A stretch of DNA of 64,000 bases from IMG/VR virus record IMGVR_UViG_3300029571_000006; one strand, written 5' to 3'. The notes under the pieces are model-generated. The model had not been told where the DNA came from and searched no databases. It was given only the letters and a program-made list of their open reading frames with translations. The translations under genes were made by a program, and so were the position numbers. This DNA comes from a virus. Its lineage: Duplodnaviria > Heunggongvirae > Uroviricota > Caudoviricetes. Below are positions 57,553 through 64,000 of the stretch, piece after piece; position 1 is the first letter of the stretch; each line of letters opens with the position of its first letter.

Positions 57553-58203
57553 TTAACGCACCTCATTCCCTATTTTGTTTTCCTTGCAGAAATTACTAAC
57601 CGCATACTTTGCAAGCTTGTCTACCATTTCGTTGTACTTTTCACCTGTATGAGCAGCTACTTTTTGAAACGATATTGCGATCTCATCCTGCCATTCCTTC
57701 ATTGACGTTGAGTATTTTAATGTCAAATCGTTATTTGCTTTCCATGCTCCGATAGCCCACATTTCAATACCGCTATAGTCATAGCAAATATTTACAGATT
57801 TACATCCGCTTCTGATTGCATATCTTACAGCACTCATAGCTGCGAGCATTTCCCCCGCAACATTCCTCAGCAACACACATTCCGGATTGTTTCCTGCCCC
57901 ATAATACTGTTCAATCGAACCGTCCTTTTTAATTACAACACAGCCGTATCCGTAAACATTTGTTGCCACATCAAAGCTTCCATCTACATAAATGGTAATG
58001 TCCGCCTCCTTGCTCTTATCGCTCTCTATGACAGGTTCGACATTTCCACTCAAGTAAATCTCAGCCTCTTTGCGGGTTGAGAATCCTTTGTATAAAGCGC
58101 CACTGAAGCCTTCAACCTGCGCCTTGCACTCATCCCATGTTTTATATATCCCTGGATTCTTTCCTTGTTTCACCGCATAAAAGTTGTTTTTCTTCTTTGC
58201 CAT
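57553..58203 (-). CDS. rnhA: Ribonuclease H1 with N-terminal hybrid-binding domain
   Basis: N-terminal FYAVKQGKNPGIYKTWDECKAQVEGFSGALYKGFSTRKEAEIYL (HBD). RNase H core ITIYVDGS...GYGCVV...E...D. Confidence 0.7.
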   Translation of the reverse strand: MAKKKNNFYAVKQGKNPGIYKTWDECKAQVEGFSGALYKGFSTRKEAEIYLSGNVEPVIESDKSKEADITIYVDGSFDVATNVYGYGCVVIKKDGSIEQYYGAGNNPECVLLRNVAGEMLAAMSAVRYAIRSGCKSVNICYDYSGIEMWAIGAWKANNDLTLKYSTSMKEWQDEIAISFQKVAAHTGEKYNEMVDKLAKYAVSNFCKENKIGNEVR

Positions 58204-58248
58204 CGTGACGCCTCCGTTATTTACTTTTAAAACCGGGGAGAATTAACT

Positions 58249-58305
58249 CCCCGGAAGCCGAGCATGAGTAAGCATACCGACGATAGTTCGTCGGCTTGAG
58301 TTATT
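58249..58305. repeat. 57-bp duplicated element, copy 1 (hairpin-containing; starts inside the stop codon of gene 58305..58532)
   Basis: cccggaagccgagcatgagtaagcataccgacgatagttcgtcggcttgagttattt, identical at 59088-59144. Contains the CCGACGA/TCGTCGG stem. An extra hairpin + T-tract (58225-58254) follows on the minus strand. Confidence 0.6.
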
Positions 58306-58532
58306 TACGCATTGTCAGCTTTTACTACATTCAGCAGGAAGCATTTGTCTTTGATTCCCATCTCCTCGAATGATTTGTCCATATCACCAGGCTGCAGTGT
58401 AGAACCATCCAGATGCATTGTTCCTCTTGTGTAGTCAATGTCGTTTTCCTCAAGAACTGATCTCAGTGTTACTGCCTCATCTACGATTACGCTATTTCTT
58501 TTTACGTTGTTTCCTACTGTAACTTTAATCAT
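58305..58532 (-). CDS. Small protein with possible beta-grasp/ubiquitin-like fold
   Basis: MIKVTVGNNVKRNSVIVDEAVTLRSVLEEN...HLDGSTLQPGDMDKSFEEMGIKDKCFLLNVV follows the ubiquitin-like hydrophobic pattern but has no C-terminal Gly-Gly. Confidence 0.3.
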   Translation of the reverse strand: MIKVTVGNNVKRNSVIVDEAVTLRSVLEENDIDYTRGTMHLDGSTLQPGDMDKSFEEMGIKDKCFLLNVVKADNA

Positions 58533-58627
58533 GGTTAAATCTCCTTTTCTTCTTATATAATATGTATTTGTTCCATATTCAGTTTTAAAAAGGCTACCGC
58601 TTAATTGCGGTAGCCAAAGTTGCTGGA

Positions 58628-59017
58628 TTAGGCAACTGTGATGCCATCCATGATAGCTGTTCTTTCCTTGTCAATAGAATCGATAACAGCCGGGATAGTT
58701 TTTTCCAGTTTTCCAAGGTTTGTCAGAGCTGCGCCCAGTTCATCAGCGATGAATCCTTTAATGTCATCTCCGTCATAGTTTGTTGTCATTGTGATGGTAG
58801 CCAGCTTCTCATCATCACGGGTTGCCTCGCCGAAGCTTGCTCCGTATGTATTGATCTTTCCAGCTCCTGTGCCAATTCTGAAGATTTCCTCTTTACCATC
58901 TTCGCCACCTTTAAGAACCAGTGCTTCCGGACGATACTTCTCAATCTTCTTGATGTCATCAAGTTTTACCTCAGATACTACTACGATTGCCTGTCCCATT
59001 GTTTTTACTTTTGCCAT
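58628..59017 (-). CDS. Hypothetical protein with strong RBS (likely abundant)
   Basis: RBS AAAAAAGGAGATAAG. 129 codons. Confidence 0.4.
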   Translation of the reverse strand: MAKVKTMGQAIVVVSEVKLDDIKKIEKYRPEALVLKGGEDGKEEIFRIGTGAGKINTYGASFGEATRDDEKLATITMTTNYDGDDIKGFIADELGAALTNLGKLEKTIPAVIDSIDKERTAIMDGITVA

Positions 59018-59087
59018 AATTCTTATCTCCTTTTTTCTCTGATATATTTACTCCGTTAGCGTTATCCGCTTACGCTTGGGTTGGCAT

Positions 59088-59144
59088 CCCGGAAGCCGAG
59101 CATGAGTAAGCATACCGACGATAGTTCGTCGGCTTGAGTTATTT
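59088..59144. repeat. 57-bp duplicated element, copy 2 (overlaps the stop codon of gene 59139..59753)
   Basis: Identical to 58249-58305. Confidence 0.6.
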
Positions 59145-59753
59145 TTTGTCTTTGTCATCAATTTCTGTTTCTGGATCATCTTCATCATCGAAAACCATAT
59201 CTTCATACGGATATTCAGTGAAATATTCCTCGCCTGTATCTACATCCTCAAGATACATCGGACGGTAAATTCCGATTCCCCATGTCTTATGCATATACTC
59301 AAGGAAGTGTTCTTTCAAATCATCAAGCACTTCATCTTTTATGTTGTAGCAACCTGTATCTGAAACAATATTCACGAATTCCATAACGGCTGCATCTAAA
59401 TCATCTTCCCTTTCATTTATGAGAACCTGATTGTCTTCGTCCTCATCATCGACATATACCGTGCCATCATCCTCAGCTTCGGTTACCGTTTCGATCGCTT
59501 TTATACTCAGATACTCTTCATAAATCCTGTCTGCTGTTCTCTTAGCATCCTTTTCATTGAGAATTTCTTCTCGATAAATCTCAATACCATCTGATTCGAC
59601 GATGATCTCCGGAGAACCGCTTATGCATGTTATCCACACCGCCATTCCGTAATCCGGATTTTCTGCAATCATATGCTGCGTTGTAAGGAGTTCGTCCTCA
59701 TTTTCTTCGCAATAATCCCACAGCTCAGAAGAGTCTATCGTTATGTCCTGCAT
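59139..59753 (-). CDS. Hypothetical acidic protein
   Basis: 204-codon ORF, D/E-rich. Confidence 0.4.
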   Translation of the reverse strand: MQDITIDSSELWDYCEENEDELLTTQHMIAENPDYGMAVWITCISGSPEIIVESDGIEIYREEILNEKDAKRTADRIYEEYLSIKAIETVTEAEDDGTVYVDDEDEDNQVLINEREDDLDAAVMEFVNIVSDTGCYNIKDEVLDDLKEHFLEYMHKTWGIGIYRPMYLEDVDTGEEYFTEYPYEDMVFDDEDDPETEIDDKDKK

Positions 59754-59756
59754 AAA

Positions 59757-60044
59757 CTATACCTCCCTGTAACATTTCTTCTTCAAAGCATCGCTGACTT
59801 TGAAATCCGGTTCGATATGTGCCGGAATATGTATTGGCGTTCCTGCTTTAATATTCCGTGCAACCTTCGCCTTTCTCTCTACATTTCGGAATTCTCCGAA
59901 ACCTCTGATGACCACATTATCGCCGTCTACCAATGCTTTTTCGATATTCTCGATAAACGAATTAACAACCGTATCGATTGTCCCTCTACTTACCATTGTG
60001 TCACTCGCAACTTTTGCGAGAAGTTCTTCCTTAATCACATCCAT
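59757..60044 (-). CDS. HU/IHF-family DNA-binding protein
   Basis: VIRGFGEFRNVERKAKVARNIKAGTPIHIPAHIEPDFK matches the HU beta-arm consensus. Confidence 0.7.
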   Translation of the reverse strand: MDVIKEELLAKVASDTMVSRGTIDTVVNSFIENIEKALVDGDNVVIRGFGEFRNVERKAKVARNIKAGTPIHIPAHIEPDFKVSDALKKKCYREV

Positions 60045-60640
60045 ACCTCCTGTTCGTATTCCCTGGATACTACGTAATCATACCGTTCTTCAATTCCGTC
60101 TACAGAATTATCTGTTGTACTGTAAACCATATATGATAAGACCACTGTTCCGTCTGTCACACCATCAATTCCCGCATATGATATGTAGTAATGATCTGGG
60201 TCTGTGTTTAGAATCATTCCGTCGCATGTTTCGGAATCAGTTACGATTCCCACGCATCTCTCTATGATTCTTTTCCCGTTGCGATGTTCTAATATATCAG
60301 CTGTCAAATCTCCGGAATCATAAAGCTCATAATCCGAATATCTTTTCTCGAAATCGTTGAGGAAGAATTCCTCAGCCTCTGTATAATCAACAGTGATTTC
60401 CTGTGTATCAACAATGTAAGTCTTTGCATTTGTCTGCACCGGATTATTTACAAAGTACATAAGGACTACTGCAATCCCAATCGCAGCCACAACCATAAAC
60501 ACCTTTTCTTGTAAAGAAATCTTACTGTCTCTCTTCATTTTCTCTGACATATTCCCATATCTCCTTAATCCCTGAATGTAGGGTAAAATATCAACTGAAC
60601 CTTTCTTGAATGCCTGCAACGATTCACGAAATTCCTGCAA
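60035..60640 (-). CDS. Hypothetical membrane protein
   Basis: TM segment VFMVVAAIGIAVVLMYFV. Confidence 0.35.
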   Translation of the reverse strand: MQEFRESLQAFKKGSVDILPYIQGLRRYGNMSEKMKRDSKISLQEKVFMVVAAIGIAVVLMYFVNNPVQTNAKTYIVDTQEITVDYTEAEEFFLNDFEKRYSDYELYDSGDLTADILEHRNGKRIIERCVGIVTDSETCDGMILNTDPDHYYISYAGIDGVTDGTVVLSYMVYSTTDNSVDGIEERYDYVVSREYEQEVWM

Positions 60641-60764
60641 GCGATATAGCTATCAAAGCGTTTGTCAACTACTACACCTGTTTCTCTTACTAAAAACCTA
60701 ACCGTCAATTCCATAGAAACACCTCCGTTTCCAAAGCTTATCGCCACCATAAATGGTGGCGGGA

Positions 60765-61355
60765 TTACCGATAATTACGGATACGATAAAGCGGACGAAC
60801 ACCAAGAGAACGAGAAGCGTTGTAGTAGTTCGCACCACCGCTGCCGACCACAAAAGCGAAGTGAGTCGCACTCCTAACACGCTTATTCTGTAACCAGTAA
60901 TACTGAAGACTGCCATTTAATCCAGCTAATGCTATTCTTCCTCGGCGTTTCTTCGTATACTCAAACTGTTCTACCCAGTCAGGCTCCTGCTCTCCGTATT
61001 CATTTTCCCCAAAGATTTCATATTCCGTAGGGATTCTGAGTAAATCTCCATTATCGAACGGAATCAAACTGAGCCTCATTGCAGCCGGAAATCTTTCCAG
61101 AATTTCCGTATTCAATTTCTGTCTGAGATACGATTCCTCATATCCGCCTTCATTGGTATCGCGTTCATTCATTGGGTATTCCTTTTTGAGGCAATCCACA
61201 AACATGAATACCATGTACGCATTATTTTGTGCATCAAATTCCTCTTTTACAGCTACTGCTTCAACTTCCTCACCATCTTCCAATGAAAAGCTGACGACAT
61301 CTCCAATCTCATAATGCCCTCCGGCTAACACCTCGGACGTTCTAAATACTTTCAT
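60765..61355 (-). CDS. Hypothetical protein
   Basis: 196-codon ORF. Confidence 0.4.
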   Translation of the reverse strand: MKVFRTSEVLAGGHYEIGDVVSFSLEDGEEVEAVAVKEEFDAQNNAYMVFMFVDCLKKEYPMNERDTNEGGYEESYLRQKLNTEILERFPAAMRLSLIPFDNGDLLRIPTEYEIFGENEYGEQEPDWVEQFEYTKKRRGRIALAGLNGSLQYYWLQNKRVRSATHFAFVVGSGGANYYNASRSLGVRPLYRIRNYR

Positions 61356-61364
61356 AAATGCCTC

Positions 61365-61646
61365 CTATACTATGCAACAGTCTTTCGAGAACAAAAGAAT
61401 CAATCCGAGTGGAACCGTGATGAACAACGGAGTCCCGTCTAAGTCCCCCCGAACCTGAGCATGACTTGCTGCAATGAAAATCAAAATACTCATAAGTAAC
61501 ATTCCAATTCCCAATAGCCTCTGCATAATCATTTTCTTTTGCCGTTCAACCTCGACTTCTCTCTTTTCCAGTTTCTTTTCCTGGCGATATTCGAGCCATT
61601 CTTCACGACTCATATCGTCATATTCCTCATATTCTACGTGATACAT
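61365..61646 (-). CDS. Small membrane protein
   Basis: Two hydrophobic segments. Confidence 0.3.
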   Translation of the reverse strand: MYHVEYEEYDDMSREEWLEYRQEKKLEKREVEVERQKKMIMQRLLGIGMLLMSILIFIAASHAQVRGDLDGTPLFITVPLGLILLFSKDCCIV

Positions 61647-61689
61647 CTTTAACTCCTATCCAATAATCCTTTTGATTTCAGCCACCATG

Positions 61690-62127
61690 CTATAACTCTG
61701 CTACAGCTGCATGACCGGAACCCCATCTAACAGATACCTTTAAACTGCTGGTACTTCCAATAATCCTCGTGCCATCAGAACAGTTTGCGAAATGCCTGCC
61801 GTTTTCCCTATCAGCCCGATAGTTTACAGAAATCCCACCACCTGCTTTCTTGACCATTTCCTCAACCCTGTGGCGAAATACCAAGAAACTCATACCGCCT
61901 TTACTTGCCTTGCGATTCCATAACCATCTCAAAGCCTTGTCAATATCCTCAGTTTCCATCTCGTCACCGAGAGATATTCCGTCATAGTCGCAGATAAATT
62001 CCTGCTCCTTTCCAAATCGTGAAATCATAGCCATATTTCCATCAGCCATGCTCACTCCTACCCAACAATTTCCCTCTGGACGGGTCATGTATACCCGCAT
62101 TTCTTCAAATGTCATAGATTTCCTCAC
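61690..62127 (-). CDS. Hypothetical protein
   Basis: 145-codon ORF. Confidence 0.35.
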   Translation of the reverse strand: MRKSMTFEEMRVYMTRPEGNCWVGVSMADGNMAMISRFGKEQEFICDYDGISLGDEMETEDIDKALRWLWNRKASKGGMSFLVFRHRVEEMVKKAGGGISVNYRADRENGRHFANCSDGTRIIGSTSSLKVSVRWGSGHAAVAEL

Positions 62128-62236
62128 TTTCCGCTTTTGCCATACGGCTTTCGCTATGTGTTTGTAATACCCACAGACCGCCGGATACCCGACGGTTTCG
62201 CCGTTCCCGGCTCATCAGTGTGGGAAATTCCGCAGA

Positions 62237-62986
62237 TTATTTGCGAACCTTTCGGAACTCAATCTTGTATGTTTCGCCCATCACGATACGATGACAAATC
62301 TCAGCCATGTACTGTCTCAGATACTTGTGATTTGCACAGGATACCGTCAGAGCCGCTCTGTTTTTCCGTGAAAATACAGACATCAGGAAGTTCACATCGT
62401 GTGATACCGCCTTATATTCCTCGCCAATCATAGCCTGGACTACAGCGTTGACGGTTTTCAGCAGGTTTGTCTTTGATGTCGGGTTTTTCCCCATATCAAT
62501 CTGCTTTGAAATATCCGCCATAGCGAAAGAGTCATTAACCTCTTTCGGATCAATACCCAAATCCTTGGCTTTCTGTGCAGTCAGCAGGAAGTTTAATTTC
62601 TCCACCTTATAAGCCCAGTTTTTATCCGCTCCGATACCGCCATCAACGGCTTTATGTAATTTCAGCAGGTCGATAGGTTTCTCAATATCCTCAATTACCC
62701 TAACCGGGATTTTCTCATCACCCTGTTTTGTGTCTTTTGCTCGGATAGTCGGGAATGTCAGCTGTTTCACAGCCTCAAGCATAGGATTTTCAGTTGCTTT
62801 GAGTGCATCAAAACACTCTTCACGAGCGATAGATGTATATTCATTCACTGTCTGCTCGATTTCATCGTTCAGCTTGGTTGATTCCTGGAAATTTCCTTCC
62901 TGAATGTTTTCATTGTATTGTTTGCATAATGCCTCAACAGCCTCACGCAATTCGGCTTTCGTTCTTTTTACTTTTGCTTCTGCCAT
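62237..62986 (-). CDS. Hypothetical protein
   Basis: 249-codon ORF. Confidence 0.4.
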   Translation of the reverse strand: MAEAKVKRTKAELREAVEALCKQYNENIQEGNFQESTKLNDEIEQTVNEYTSIAREECFDALKATENPMLEAVKQLTFPTIRAKDTKQGDEKIPVRVIEDIEKPIDLLKLHKAVDGGIGADKNWAYKVEKLNFLLTAQKAKDLGIDPKEVNDSFAMADISKQIDMGKNPTSKTNLLKTVNAVVQAMIGEEYKAVSHDVNFLMSVFSRKNRAALTVSCANHKYLRQYMAEICHRIVMGETYKIEFRKVRK

Positions 62987-64000
62987 AATGATTCTCCTCT
63001 CTGGATGCTCTTTTTAGTTTCAATGGGATAAGCCCATAAGAGAACGCCCGAAACCATGTGATATACACAACCTCGGACGCTCAATATAGGTTTATCAGAA
63101 CCACCGACATATCCGGCATCGTATGGACTTCTGCTGATACGCATTTGTCTGGAACTTTTCGCCAATGCCAGTGGTTCCGTTCAATATTCAGTTTTATTTC
63201 GCTATACTCTGTCTGTATCAAATTTCCTGCGATAGTCCGACATTTAATTCCTTGGAACATAGTCGATGTACCCTCGGGTACTGATACCATCACGATTGGA
63301 AATCCTCAATAGATTTTCAAGCTATCCCTCATGTTGACGCACTCAGGATAATGCGGCATATGTTTCACATCTAACTCTGCCTAACTCTGGGGATTTTCAC
63401 TATCTCGATACCATAAGCCTAACTCTCATGCACCAGCGACGCATCTGATAGCAGATGTACTCCCTCAAATCGGTCAAAGGAATCCACGATGACCGCAGAG
63501 TTTTGCTGATATTCTAAAGCCGTCAGTAGGTCAGCTCTGCCGAAACTCTTTGTATAGCGTCCTTTTGCCGGACTTCCCATATTGAACGCTTCAACTGATA
63601 TAGTTCACTTATTTCCTATCACGCAGGTAGCCCTCACGATACCTCATAAGAGATCCGATATATGCACTTATTACCTGCGAGTAGGTAGACCTCACAGTTG
63701 TATGGACATAAGCCCATAAAGAAAAGCCCCTCAATAGAGAGACTCTTCGTTAAGAACTTATTAGCAAGGATTTTCGTATCAATTAACCAACGGATTTACC
63801 TTTATAGAGCGCCCATGCTCATCCGTTCCGTATCTTGCATTATATGGCGGTTTGTATACTATGTCAGATTATATTTATATACCGCGCATCTGACATAGGC
63901 GAACTCTCTGGATTCTCAGCTTTTTCGCTCTGTCTTTTCGTGTTCCCACACTTACAACCGTAACCCACGGGGAAACCCTGTTGAGTGGTTGCCTGTTGTG

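Noticed and set aside
57481-57575. Second tRNA next to tRNA-Met (T-arm-like CCGGGTTCAACTCCCGG)
   Set aside because: No acceptor or anticodon arms can be paired. On the gene strand the hairpin is followed by a T-rich tract directly after the RNase H stop, so an intrinsic terminator is the simpler reading.
1-64000. Window as bacterial chromosome with an embedded prophage
   Set aside because: There is a single coding strand throughout, phage-type replication and recombination modules are spread across the whole window, and no ribosomal or host housekeeping operons appear. A large phage or phage-plasmid is the more parsimonious reading, though host origin of individual cargo genes (TerD, ATPase, NAD genes) is likely.

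Overview
All substantial genes in the 64 kb are on the minus strand, and the content reads as a contiguous segment of a large low-GC phage of Firmicutes (the tmRNA and the SleB-like lysin are Bacillus/Clostridia-like). The plus-strand ORFs in the supplied track overlap minus-strand genes and look spurious. The content is grouped below.

- **Nucleotide metabolism:** a truncated anaerobic RNR NrdD at the 5' edge, PhoH, a ClpP-like protease, a dNMP kinase, a VRR-NUC nuclease, a ThyX-like protein and a SleB-like cell-wall hydrolase.
- **Replication and recombination:** DnaE-type PolIII alpha, a DnaG-like primase, a DnaB helicase, a Cas4/RecB-like nuclease, SSB, an ERF-like annealing protein and an HD hydrolase.
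- **tRNAs and toxin:** tRNA-Gln and tRNA-Met, plus a solitary MazF/EndoA-like endoribonuclease.
- **Sulfur, tRNA repair and NAD:** a cysteine desulfurase, a Thg1-like enzyme, and an NAD cluster of NadE, a HAD phosphatase, a NAMPT-like gene directly abutting a Prs-like gene, and a PncA-like gene. The NAMPT-like/Prs-like pair fits the phage NAD-reconstitution (NARP1-type) counter-defence arrangement.
- **Integrase neighbourhood:** a tyrosine integrase, a minimal-fold nucleotidyltransferase, a frameshifted HPr-like gene, a degenerate tRNA-like region and a phage-encoded tmRNA.
- **Ter-like block:** a SLOG-like protein, a membrane coiled-coil protein, three tandem TerD paralogues and a Ca-type P-type ATPase.
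- **Repair and ligation:** two calcineurin-like phosphoesterases, a Pnkp-like kinase/phosphatase/ligase, an SPFH protein, an ATP-dependent DNA ligase and an AAA+ ATPase.
- **Retron:** a retron-type reverse transcriptase with a 300 bp ORF-free leader.
- **E1/JAB operon:** a tight five-gene operon containing an E1-like (ThiF) protein and a JAB/MPN metalloprotease.
- **Other:** RNase H with a hybrid-binding domain, an HU protein, and many small hypothetical proteins.

Several repeat families and RNA-like elements that the gene calls do not explain are reported under findings.
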